This document shows positions 38,501 through 50,488 of a stretch of 64,000 bases of DNA, in pieces. Under the pieces are notes generated by a model, which worked only from the letters and a program-made list of their open reading frames with translations, ran no database searches and had not been told where the DNA came from. The stretch's first letter is position 1, and every line of letters starts with the position of its first letter. This DNA is from Guillardia theta CCMP2712. Taxonomy: Eukaryota; Protista; Cryptophyta. Made by a program: the position numbers and the translations under genes. The stretch is taken from the NCBI RefSeq assembly GCF_000315625.1, contig NW_005434601.1, positions 204,503 to 268,502 of the forward strand, in the 5' to 3' direction.

Positions 38501-41500
38501 TGTTCTGAGTCACTGAGCTCTCTACAACATCCAACAATTGTAGGTGATAAAGCATTACCACTATGATGGACCGCTCTAGTCTGTCCAGTTCTGTTGACAA
38601 TCTGACTCCAATTCTAGGTTGTAACATTTGAAAGTAAACGTCATCTGTACAACCATCCAGAAAAGCAATTGAATTCAATGCATCATTTCTTACAGATTCA
38701 CCCTGCGCGAAGAGAAGAGAATTGAGCCATTTGTTGCAAAGCTGCTCTTCCTCACTCTCATTATTTCCACGAAAAAGCAAGAGCGCATGCCTCACTGCCA
38801 ATGCGTTGATTTCTTTGGTGAACTCATACAACCAATGCGTTTCCAGTGGAACCAGCTCTGATTTTCTTTGCTTCATTGGTTTCTTACATGCATGACTAAT
38901 TTCCAATCGCATCTTTCCATATTGCAGCAATTTATCTGAAACTTTGTTGCCAAATTCAATGCTGAAAAGGTGCCCAATACCGGAGCTCATTCCTTTGTTG
39001 ATCATTCCAAAAATCTCCTCTCCATTCTTTTCCTTGTCAAAAACATGCAGTTCTCGGATGGATCCGCAGAAAAAGTCGTCTGGACTGGAATCACTGGCCG
39101 TTCCGATCCTTAAAAGATTCAATGGGAACGAAATAGGGATCTGTCCAGATTCAACACCATTGATAAACAAAGTCATCTTGCCCATCTGGCAACTGATTGA
39201 AACGCAAATCCACATTCCAATCTTGCACGAAACATCAGAACACCAGTAAAACTTGTTGTTTGGCGTTTCCAAAATCCTTATAGTGCCTCGACAATTTCGC
39301 TCATCGAGCTGTAGGCAGAAATGTGAGGTTGACAGAACAGTTGAAGCCACACAATTGGGCGGCGATAGCTCTCGCTTCAGGATGATATGAAGGGACCAGC
39401 AGTCAAATATGATTGATGGTTGAGATATGCGGTAATAGAATTCTGGACTAGTAAATCTCAATCCCTGTAGACAAAATGAATTGAAGTGTCGACCATCATA
39501 TGTCATAAGATCTTGAAAATGTGAACAAATTTCCTGAAGAGAGTATACACATTTCACAACACTTTGAAACAAAGAGCTACTCGTTGGTAAACAGCTTAAG
39601 TGAGATGATGCGTTTAACAGCTTGGCCATAAGTGGTAAGAAATGTGTTACTTTGCTATCGTCTGCATACAACAACCTCTGGTTCATGAGGGACCAGAAGA
39701 TCTGCTTGAGAACAGCTGTATCCTCGTCTTGCTTCTGAACCTTCCCAGCGAACCAGTCCAGAAATTCATGAAACTTCAAATAAATTTGTTCAAGAACTGC
39801 AAGATTGAATGGTAACATTAGAATATTTGGAGAATCTTGACAAGCAGAATAAAGCATATTTACATATGTGCCAACGAATCTGCACAAAACCTCAGAATAG
39901 TCATATGCAGGTTGAATAGTCGCTGTAGGCGATTTATATTCACGAGAAATTGTCACGTTATGGGCAGAAAATGGGAAATACACGAATGGATAAACTTTTC
40001 CATTCACATTCTGCAAAGAGCCAATATACAAATTGTTCTTGTAGAAGTCCAATTTTCCACAAAACAAATCAAGATGAATACCTACAACATCCTTGTCTTC
40101 GACCCGTACAGAACAAGTTTCTTGTTTGGATCTTTCCGATAGTGTATTCGGAAACTCAAAATGCCATGAATTTGAGGTTTGCTCAGGATCGGACGAACGA
40201 CAGTAGCCAATTCTAACATTCGATGGCGTCCCATCAATCTTAACATACCAGCTATGGACTCCACTTACAAATCCAACAGAACCAAAGATGAACCCTGCAT
40301 TCATTCCATTCGATTTTTTGACTATCATCTTTGTCTCATCCAGAGAAATATTCTTCGAAGATTCAAGATCCCAGTACCAGAAAGTATCTTCTTCACCTAC
40401 CGGCCTCATATGTCTAGAATGACGCTTTTCCAAAGTTGCATAATCAGGTGTTTCCAAAACATCATGAAGATCATCGAAATATTCCGATACAAAAGTGTTG
40501 AAAACATTTGTCGCTTTCTGCAGAGTAGCAGGTATTGTACGTGAGCAATCTACTTCCAAGCTTTGTTCCGGGACGTCACCGAAGATCAACTTCCATAAAT
40601 ACGAACAATGCGAAATTCTTCTCATTAGGAGTATCTGAGTATTCTTGATCATTTGTGAATTTGATTGTGATCGATTTCTTCCATTTTGTTGTAGGCCCTG
40701 AAGCAAGCATCAGCAAAAGGATAAACGTTTCGCCAATTAACAATTCATGAGACACAAGTTTACCTGGAGAGCATCCAAAAGTTCATCAATTTGTGAATAT
40801 ATCACAGGGACCCCATAAGAAAAAGCATCCATCGCAACATTCACTACAGTTTCATCCTTGCTTAAAGGTTGGATTTCAGGCAGATTGTGATTTCTCCCGA
40901 AGATTATGGTTTCCAAGATCTCTTTCACCTCACCAACATGATTCATCACATCTTTTGATTCTAAGATGCCATTCTTGTTCAGATTTGCAAGCATCCAGTT
41001 CAAATTGACTTTCAATATGCTCAGCCAAGATATCAAAGACAAAATCTTGGCTTCATGTTCAAGGTTTAGTACGTCCTCGGAGGAAATATCACAATCTCCC
41101 ATCATTTCGTCAGAGTGAACATAGAAAAGGTTTCGAAACCTAGATAAGTGATAGGGTCAGAGGCTGAAGACAGCACAATTAATCAAACTTACAATGCCGT
41201 CAAATTCTTCAGCGCTTCATTGCCGAAAATTACGTGTGCTGGTACAATGTTTGGTTGCACGCTCTGATTTGTTCCATCGTGAAATCTCAAACGACGAGCC
41301 AAACCCATCATAGGAAGTATCATAGCAGCTCCTGCAATGTGTTTTGAAAGCAGGGGGGCATGTCGTAGAAGTGATTCAACCTGCAAAAAAACATTCAGAT
41401 ACTTCAGGGGTCTGTGACAGTTACCTTATCGAGAAAGGCGTCAGCTCGAGCTCTTAATTCAATTTCAAATGCGAATTCCTTCTCCAGGCCTTCTCGGATA

Positions 41501-42563
41501 GAAGCAGGTGTAGGGAAATTTGAAAGCAAAGTGTCTTGTGAAGGAAAAAATAATTGCTTTAGTATATCATGAGCACTGTCGTCTTCTTGCTTTTCATAAC
41601 AGGTCCATGCCTGGAAAAAATCACACTTTGAATTTAATGGATGCCATGGGATACCTTTGAGACTTCTGTATCTTTTGTAAAGATACCGAAAGAGTGTAAC
41701 ATCGATTTCATTCGTCTAAACCAAGTTTTGCGAACATGATCGTCCGACCCAAACGGAGGAAGGAAGCTACAATTGACTTGTAAGAACTCTACATTGCAGA
41801 CAGAAATCACATACCAGATCATCTTAATCTTTCGATTCTTGCTCTTGGGCGTTTTAAGGGGGCTGTTGTCTTCCCGCATGAGAGAAATATTCCGCAAGCT
41901 TTGTACGTGACGCAATTGCAGCAAACTAGCAATGGAGGTGAGCCACATAACCTTCAACAGGACAAAATGATGTCACCTTGGGTATGCTTGAATTAGTGTG
42001 AGAAATGATTGATTGATCTCTAGATAGCCCAAAGCCATCATCAAGTGTACCAACGAATCCATGGCTTGCTCCACCATGACATCTGAAGTACTTAGACTGC
42101 TCATTTCGTTGTTCAAGGTGTCGACTAGAAACCCGTTCAACCGTCTAAGGTTGTTTAAAGGTAGAGTCGGTAGGTCACGCAAGGACAGCGGTGGCACTGC
42201 CCTCAACGATAGCGATAGAGTTTGCAGCATGACCTGTTTGTATGTTGAATCTCGCTCCAAGATATGAAAGAAGGTTGCTAGGCCGGTCTCAAGGAATACA
42301 CGTGTCAAGATCTCCTCGCTGCTTTTTCCCACAAGCGAATCATCAGCTGGAGATTCATCTTGCTGAGAAGAACCCTGTGGCTTTGAGGCCAGCCGTCCAA
42401 GAAGAATCAGGCCCGCATTGAACTTTGAGTCCGAGGACACATGTAGATTGCTCTCGTGGGCTCGAGATCTGATGAATTTTGATTGCTGGAAGTAATATTT
42501 ACATGCTGTTAGAACTTTGTGAAGATGATTTTGATTGTCGTGAGGTGTAGGAAGAGCATTCAT
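29582..42563 (-). CDS. Giant HECT E3 ubiquitin ligase (~4000 aa) with several SPRY/B30.2-like domains, a LamG/ConA-like domain and a UBA domain
   Basis: HECT motifs FEGEGGSDHGGLFRES, LFVPCPN, FRFVGSLMGMAIR, LLAFAWGRRRLP, LPEAHTCFFAIDLPKYSS; SPRY signatures (SGVHSWYVKI, GDHIGMLLDMDAGILKFTKNG); LamG (MTLFINGV..FCGSIRELHVFD); UBA (LGEMGFS); one 9.65-kb ORF plus short introns at both ends. Confidence 0.9.
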
Positions 42564-42789
42564 CTTGGTGAGAACGACGACGTTCCTGTACACACCCTAG
42601 AAAAGAGCTCCTCGCTCGTTCCCCCTCCTCCTTGAGCAATATCACCCTCGCCTCCTCCTTTCTCCTCCTGTTTCGATGTCTCACAGATATCCTTCTCCTC
42701 GGTCCTCCTCAACCCTCTCGCGTGCTCTCTGCTGTTCCCCTCAGGTCTCCCAGTCCATTCCCCTCCTTCCCGCCATTGCAGGGCAGATG

Positions 42790-43000
42790 TCCACAAACCA
42801 CCCCACCCCCTACCCCCAAAATCCCTTTCCATCACCCTTCCCATGATTCCAGAAGGTTATGAGCTTCTTGGTGTGAACCTGGGGGGTCAAGGGGTGGTAT
42901 CGATATGTAAATTTTTCGGAATACCTGGGGTGGGGTAGTAATCATCAGCGAGCTACAGGGGTACAGGTAAGAATCCATGGGGGTAGGGTGGGTAGGTGGG
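42790..43000. promoter_or_regulatory. Divergent promoter region with a strand-switching CCCC/GGGG tract
   Basis: ACCCC words 42795-42840, then GGGGT words 42880-43000, between the HECT (-) and membralin (+) starts. Confidence 0.45.
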
Positions 43001-43016
43001 ACTGTCGAGCGAGGCG

Positions 43017-46000
43017 ATGCTGGGTCGACCGCAGACGGGGGTGGATGGAAGGGAGGAGGAAGGAGAGGGAGAAGAGGGAAGAGGAGGACAGGATCAGCTC
43101 CAGATACATGATCTTACACGAGATGAGGGGGGAGAGGAGGAGGCAAGAGAGATTCGGGGAGGTAAAGCCGAAACAGGACGAATCGACTTCGTTGCCAACA
43201 TTCACGCTCTAGACGAAGATAGCAGAGACGATGTCTCGCACGAAGTAGACCATGCTCGAAACTTGAGCACCGACAATGAATATGCAGCTCCCGACGCCAC
43301 ATGCAGGAAAGTTGACATCTCGACGAACGCATCAGGTAGGAGCTTTGTTATTGTGATTGGACGCAGTTCATTCACTGACTCGCGTGTCCCGGTGAGCAGC
43401 TATTATGCATCTTTGGGATACTCACAATGACGAACAAGCTGGAATGGATATTCCTGCAAGGCAGCATGGACTGAACGATGATGCCTTGTTGCATTCATCT
43501 CCGATTTACTTTCACTCAAACAATGCGGATTTGACGCCGGAACCGGCTTCACAGCGAGTAGACGGTGATGAGGAGCTTCAAACTGCACAGGGGGATGGCA
43601 TAGCAGTGCATCGAACCGAGTCGAACGAGTCAGATGATTCTGCGAGTAATCAAGTATTTATGGGCGAGGACTCTCGAACAGGTAGCATGGGGTTTGCGAA
43701 TGGCAGGGACATGGGCGAGGGGTGGTGGATGCGAGGCTGGACAACGGAGAATTCCAATGGATCTTTGCCCAGTGATCATACGAGTGGAGATGTGTCGGGG
43801 TCTGAAAGGCGCACCCCTGATGTACCTGTTTCAGAGACAGCTGATGAGAGTTCGGAGCGAGGCTTTTTTGATACTGGTCGCGCAAGGATTGACAGGAGGC
43901 GGAGGATTCCACCAAGGCTTCCCACGAGAAGGTTGAATGCTTGGAGCAGATGGCAAAGGACTCTCAGCAAGGTATGAAAGGATCGTGGTGGCTGATAGAA
44001 TATCCTCATTAACTCGCTACAGGTGATGGAAGTGTTCTTCATGTTGTTGGGAATCTGGCTACTTGCTCTGCTGGTCTTGCTGCATGTCAATTTTGTCGGA
44101 CAGAACAAGTGTCTTCCCACTAAGCTGATCAATGATCTTCAACCTGAGATCCTCGAGATCCGTGTTGTGGGACTTTGGTCACGTCTCGCACAGCACTTGA
44201 AGCTTGAGATGATGAATCAAGTGATAACGATGCAACGTAACTCTCCGACACCAGAGGACTCGGGACTCGCAGCAAACATGCCAACCAGAAAGCACTCTAT
44301 ACTCAGTACGACTGCAGCCCAAGCGCAGAGCAATGCGCCGAGAACGAACAAAGGTTTCGGTGTAGTTCAGGAACGATGGAAGGCGTTCACTGCAAGGTTG
44401 TTTGGAAGATCGGATGCCAACAACTCCACAGAAGTAGATCTTGTCAGCCAGATCTTCAGAGAGGACCACAGAGCACTCGGTGAAGCATTCAAAAAAGCTC
44501 CAGGGGAGGGGATCTTTCGTCATAAAGAAAAGATCGAGACTTCTTGGCCCTTGGAAGCCGATCCGAATGAATCAAGACAGAAGTTCGATGTCACCATTGC
44601 CCCGAGGCAAATCAGCTTCGTCGCGCGGGTAGAAGAAGACCGGATTGTAGATGCGGCAGCGAGTGGAGCTGCATTACTGCGGGATCTCACGCATGATGAT
44701 GCACTTCTCATCGCCATTGCTCTAGACGAGCTCGAGGATTTGATGCAGGTTACGACTTGACGTGTCTCAGTCGTGGTCTGAGAAATATCAATCAGGTTCC
44801 CGTGTACGTGTTCAGTAGGGAGAAGGGGCTGCTTCTACTTTCAACCAGGCATACCTTGACATGCTGATCCAGACGAGAGTTGTGAATTACCCTTGCAGAT
44901 CTCTCAAATCCCACAATGCGTCGCGGTTGAACCTTACTCTCTCTTCGACGGACCCTTGCTTTGGAGCTGGGATTGTAAGCTGGTCATTGGAATACCTCAT
45001 CGGATATGATACCGTCATCCTGAACCAGGTGACGCATCTTTTTGCTTGGAGCGGACGAGTGACTGCTCTGGCCCTATGCAGCTGCTCTCCATCGCTAGGT
45101 ACCCGATCAACGGGGCTGTGGGTGGTTGGGTGCATGTGATGCACATGAATGACCTTTACAACCTCAACTTCCAGCTGAAGCCCAACGGCGTGTGGGAGGT
45201 GAGCCAGGATGCCGAAGTGTAGGCGAGCCTTGTGATGGAATTCGTTCAGATTGCCCTGCACAAACTCAGAGCAGTATTTAACACTCTCTTCCTGGTCGTG
45301 GCCACAACAGCCTTGGTCACCTTCACGTTGAAGGAGACTCGCTTGCGGATCTTGAGATTCACGCTCCAGCTGAGGTGAGATGAGACCCCTGATGCGAGAT
45401 GTACACTCAAGGGTGGCAAGGTTTCAACATCGCCATGGTGGAACCTTCGTCCCGTTGCTCTTCAATCACTTGTTCGAGTCTTTGGCGTTTGTGCCCATCA
45501 TGATCGGAGTTTTGATGTTCCTCTTCGAATTCTTTGAGGACCAGGTCGATGAAGGAGGCCTGCCCATGGCTCAAGACTGACAGTTGTCCTGAAAGATGCT
45601 TGCCTTCATGGTGTTCAGCTTGGTGTGGATTGGCGAGATCTATTGCCTGATGAGAGTTCGTGGAAACCCATCGATGTACAAATTCCCAACTTTGTAAGTC
45701 CCGAGATTTCTCACTGGATATCGTGAGTTCCCGTCGCTGACTCTGGTGTTATTTCAAGATTCTTGATGCTTTTCTCCTTGTTTCTCATCTACGTTTATTC
45801 TTTCCCTCTGGGGTTCACCTACGTAGCACGACGCCTCCCCTCCTCTTGTCGTTGATCGTCACGTGCAGGTGGCCTTCTCCGTCTGGGTCTCTTGGACGAT
45901 GGCGGCGATGTTCTTCTTCCTCAACAGATTCTACCAGCCTGAACGATACTCACTCGCTAACAGGACGTTGCCCACCGCCACTGTCCTCAGGTCTTTTACA

Positions 46001-46079
46001 TCGACTTGCTCCCCTCTATTTTCTTCTCTAACGTTATGATTGCAGCGTGCGAATGACAACCAACTCCTTCATGCTGTAG
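43017..46079 (+). CDS. TMEM259: Membralin (ER membrane protein)
   Basis: LLVLLHVNFV, VYVFSREKGLLLL, DPCFG..LIGYDTVILN, FTLKETRLRILRFT, FVPIMIGVLMFLFEFFEDQMLAFMV are membralin-family motifs. Confidence 0.85.
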
Positions 46080-46179
46080 GCCCCAACGTAGCTCCATCAG
46101 TCACTGTTACACCGCCGGAAGCAACGTTGATCCCTGAACCCCCATTGTACTGCACACTGGCAACGGATTACTCCACTGA

Positions 46180-46480
46180 GCGATGCGGCCCAGCGGCCGC
46201 AAGTTCCAGCGGAGGCCCCGGAGTCCGGCGGGCCCGGGGCCTGTGGCAAGTCGCGGCGCTGAGGCGGCCTCTACTAGAAGTGACGGACTTTCAATTCAAG
46301 TGTTGAAAGCGCTGCGGTCAGGAGCCGCAGCTTGTAATATATCAGTATTCAACAGCAAACGCCGGCGGCGTCGTCATTCCGAAGTTCTCAGTGGCCGTTC
46401 GTGAATTTGTGCCCACTGAGCAGATCGTGAGCCTGACCCGCCGGGTACCCGGTGACCGGTCGGGCCCGGGCGGGCCCGTG
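46180..46480. repeat. GC-rich oligo-mosaic tract
   Basis: GGCCCCGGAGTCCGGCGGGCCCGGGG and CCGGGTACCCGGTGACCGGTCGGGCCCGGGCGGGCCCG. Confidence 0.7.
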
Positions 46481-46549
46481 TAAGGAAATTAGCAATCAAA
46501 AGTTGTCCGCGCGACGTAGTGTATAACCGTTTCTACGTGTCTTCTATTT

Positions 46550-47920
46550 GTAACGGAAGGTATCGGGGGATGGGAAAAAGCGGGGGTAGAGATTATTAGC
46601 CTAGGGGGTAGGGATTTGAGGTAGTCGGGGGTACCATGACTGGTAGACATTACGGAAATTGGGGAGGGTACAGTGCGGTTAGGGGTAGTAGACAGCCGCC
46701 AAGGCGTAAAGGGTGGAGCAGGGTGGGGTGGCTCTAACAAACACGGGAGCAGGTAAGCATATCGATGTAAGTGCATCAAAAAGAGGGTAGGGTGATATAC
46801 CCCACGGGGTAGCCTTCGGATCTTCTGCTGACGCTACACCCCACCCCCTCATTCATCAATCCTCCTTACCCCTACCCCTTGGAGATTTTATGTCACCCCT
46901 ACCCCTATATATGGCTTTCCTCCTTTATGGAACCCCTGGATTCACCCTGATTTCACCCTCTGCTGAAGGACCTCTTTCTAACCCCTACCCCCATTATGCG
47001 ATCAACTAGAAATATTTTATAGGAGAACCGGGAGAACCTTCGTTTTTTTACCAGCCCTGCATCACAGATTTTGTGGGTGGGGGTGAACAGCAGGTAATAT
47101 TTGAATGTTCCATCTAAAATTTATGAAAAAATCCTTTAAACATTTCAATTTAAACACAACAATTTGGATAATTGTTTGCAATAATTTGGAAGGAGCGATC
47201 AAACGGAGTCTGAGTACGGCCCGATCGAGATTTTGTTGGAGGATTTGATTGTTTTTGTACTGGGGGTTTATCATGCACTGTGAAAATCAATAATTGAAAT
47301 TATACTTGAAAACTATTCAGCTTTTATTCAATTATATTGAAGGATTCATGAAATATTCAACATATTTTATTGTTGTGTAGGAAGAATCTGACCCAACTTG
47401 GAAAAACTGAGAGACTTTCTCTACCGTCGGACAACAAGTACTGATAATTGATGATTATATAATTTTTCTGTACCAAATTCTGCAACTCAGTACTTCTTTT
47501 CCGGTACGAAACCATGTTGTCTAAATTTGTTTTAAAGTTCTCCCACCCCTTTTGTTGCTGTCATCCTGTAACCCCCTACCCCCACTTTTTGGCCACTGGG
47601 ATCCCCCGGTTTCCCACTAGGGTGGTATCGCCCACCCCGGTTTTCGTAAATCACTACCCCCTGTATCCCCTGGCCTTGACCGACGCAAACAGACCCCACC
47701 CTCCTATTTTCATAGATCGTGCACTACCTACCCATGTTTTTGAAAAGGTTCTCTAAGATGTGAAATATGACTAAGTTGGCAATTTGTAAACGATAAAATA
47801 CTTTGAATATACGCCAACTTTATTTAGTATGTCCGTTCCGATAGAGTACCCCTACCCTTACCATTAGCTGCTCAGCACATACCCCCACCCCATGAATCAA
47901 AACCACCCCCCTACATAATA
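46550..47920. other. Intergenic GGGGTA/TACCCC tracts enclosing an AT-rich block (~47050-47530)
   Basis: Visible compositional segmentation; no long ORF. Confidence 0.6.
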
Positions 47921-48521
47921 CATACCGCAACCTTGAAATGCTGATCCCGTTTGTCGCGAACGTTCGCCGACATTCTTGTTACACTTACTCACTTGTTACC
48001 ACCGTATTACTCTCCTTACTCGTTTCACTCTCTCCTCCTCTCGTTTTCTCAACTCGATCTCCAGCATCAAGTACTCCTTTCTCATCCAATCCTCCCAACG
48101 ACCCCCATTTCGTTTCGCTCACCACTGCATTGAGCTATTGCATGTTGACCTACTCCAGGCTCCTTTCCCGAAGCAAACTCTCCGCCTTTCCTCTTTCATC
48201 GTCTTGTATCTCGATTCCTTGCACTTGTTTTCTTCTGCCTCTGTTTCTTTCTTTGTTCGAGCAAACACCATTGCTAAAAACCGTGGCCGCGTGTCTTTGC
48301 TGCGTTTTCGAAACCAAGATTTCTGCTATACAACATGTAGGATAAGTTGTGGGCATCAGGGTTAGAAACTGGATCTGTATCCAGAGTTCTTTAAGATCTT
48401 TTTTGATGTTGCGCTGTTTCTTATTCCAAATTTTAATCTTTGTTCTTTGCAGAGCCCCAACTAGAGATTTTGGATTCGTCCTTAGTCTCGTGCAGTTGAG
48501 GTTTTCTTGGGAGCTCTTTCG

Positions 48522-50057
48522 ATGGAAATTCCTTCATCTTGGGAAACTCCATACTCTTGTGATTCTTCTGGCTGGGGAGCTTTCGAGAAAAGTTGCATCT
48601 CTCCGCGAGAAGAGTTTTATAACGCTCAGTCAAGAGCATCGCCCAACAGGTTCGGGGCTGAAGAGCGTCTTAGCGGAGCAGCAACACCGAACAGGGAACT
48701 GAGCAAACACCTTCACAACACTTCGCCTACCAACAGTAGCTTCTCAAAGGCTTCCTTTGGAGGTGCACCGTTCGCTGTCAAGCCCGAGGGAGCACGTACT
48801 GGCGGCGGATTAGCTCCCCCTTTCCTTACTTCCTCGCCTGCACTGAGTCTGGGAGGAATGATGTCGGGCATGCCCATTCGCCCTAACGTCGTCATGATGG
48901 AACCAGGAAGGGGATTGACCAACCCAGGACCAGGCCAGAACGTTCGCGGTCCGTCACCTCAAGAAGGACAGTTCAGGTTCATCTTGACAAGGTGTCGATT
49001 CTTTTTCATCTGAGTTGTCCTGTGCAGGAATGGACCTTCCCCTCCGACTGGATTCATACCAGAAGTCAGTGCTCAGCCGCGAGTGGACGATCTTGCCGAT
49101 CAGTTGGCAAACACGTATCTGGAGCAGCATTACAATCCCCCTATCGGCAACGGGCCACTTCAGAATCAAATGATGCATCAAAATCAGCAAGGTATGCTCA
49201 ATATTCCGGATCTCATGTCCCAGCAATTCTTGCAAGGACAGTTCCGTCCAAATTGGCCTCAGATGCCGGAGATGCCTCCAAAGGGTTTCAAGACTGTAAT
49301 CTGTAAGTTTTGGGAGAACAACATGTGTGCCAAGGGCGCAAGTTGCACATTTGCACATGGCATGGAAGAGCTAAGGAGATACACCAATGCTGTATCGATG
49401 AACAACGGCCTGATGGCCTCTTCGCCTTTGAAGATGGAGAGGTTCAAGACCAAGCTGTGCCTCTTCCACATGCAGGGTCGCTGCTGCAAAGGTCCAAGTT
49501 GCCCTTACGCTCACGGCCTTCAGGAGCTCCGGCCCTTCTCTAACACATCGCCAAACAATCTTGACAGCTTTCCGCCCTCGATGTTGACTCAGGAGATGTT
49601 GATGAACCAATCGTTGTTTCCTGGAAGTCAGTTGAAGGCCAACATTCCTTACGGCAACAATGCGGGTGGCATGCCAGAGCCACCCCTGAGCGAAGAGGAG
49701 CCCTTGTTCAGCAGTGTGGACGATCAGACCGAGAGTGGACAGGGAGGTAACTCAGTGCAATCAACAGTTAACGAAGACGGAGACATAGACGCTGCTCAAA
49801 GAGCTGCTGCTTTGCGCTATTTTCAGAACCAACAGATGATGCTGGCGATGCAACAGCAGTCTCTGCAGATGCAGCAAATCCATTTGCAGGCCAAAGAAAT
49901 GCAGAACCTTCAATACATGCACGGTATGGTTCAGGAGCCGCACATGCAGTGCTCATCCGGTTTAGCTATGAGGATGGCAAACCATCCTTTCTCTCAGAAT
50001 GTGGCAACGATGAATGGCTCATGGCCGCAAGGTCCCTTTCTTCCCGACGACGTCTAA
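48522..50057 (+). CDS. Tandem CCCH zinc-finger (TIS11/TTP-like) RNA-binding protein
   Basis: Two FKT-led C-x7-C-x5-C-x3-H fingers (FKTVICKFWENNMCAKGASCTFAHG; FKTKLCLFHMQGRCCKGPSCPYAHG), Q/M-rich flanks, one short intron ending at ~49027. Confidence 0.9.
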
Positions 50058-50318
50058 CGCAGTAGGTGATGACGTGACATATTCATTTTATTGATTTCTG
50101 AGGAGCCCACTGTAAAGATTTGTGTAATTGGTGGATTGAATACTAAATCAATAACAGCATAATTTTCAAAACAGAAGATCTAGAAAATGCAAGTTAAAGT
50201 TTGAAATAAATTTATGATCGAAATCATGGCCTGAAGTATTATCCTCTGCCTTCCTCATTTCCATCATCTCGCGTGTACTTTACATGGCGCCCTCCTGGGA
50301 AGGAGCTGGGATGTCCCC

Positions 50319-50451
50319 TCAGCAGCTCAGCCCTGACACCTGCTTGCTCCCCTGAGCAGCTTCAACCCCCTCTGCCTCCACCGGCAGGAACAGCACGTAG
50401 CTGGTAACGGGAAAGGCGTCGTCCTGTTCAAGCATGAGTGGAGGAGGAGGG

Positions 50452-50488
<37 letters not shown>

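Noticed and set aside
31090-40544. Many short plus-strand ORFs opposite the HECT gene
   Set aside because: Antisense shadows of a long coding exon
50058-50230. AU-rich element for autoregulation of the CCCH gene
   Set aside because: The 3' region is AT-rich but has only an isolated ATTTA and no clustered UAUUUAU motifs
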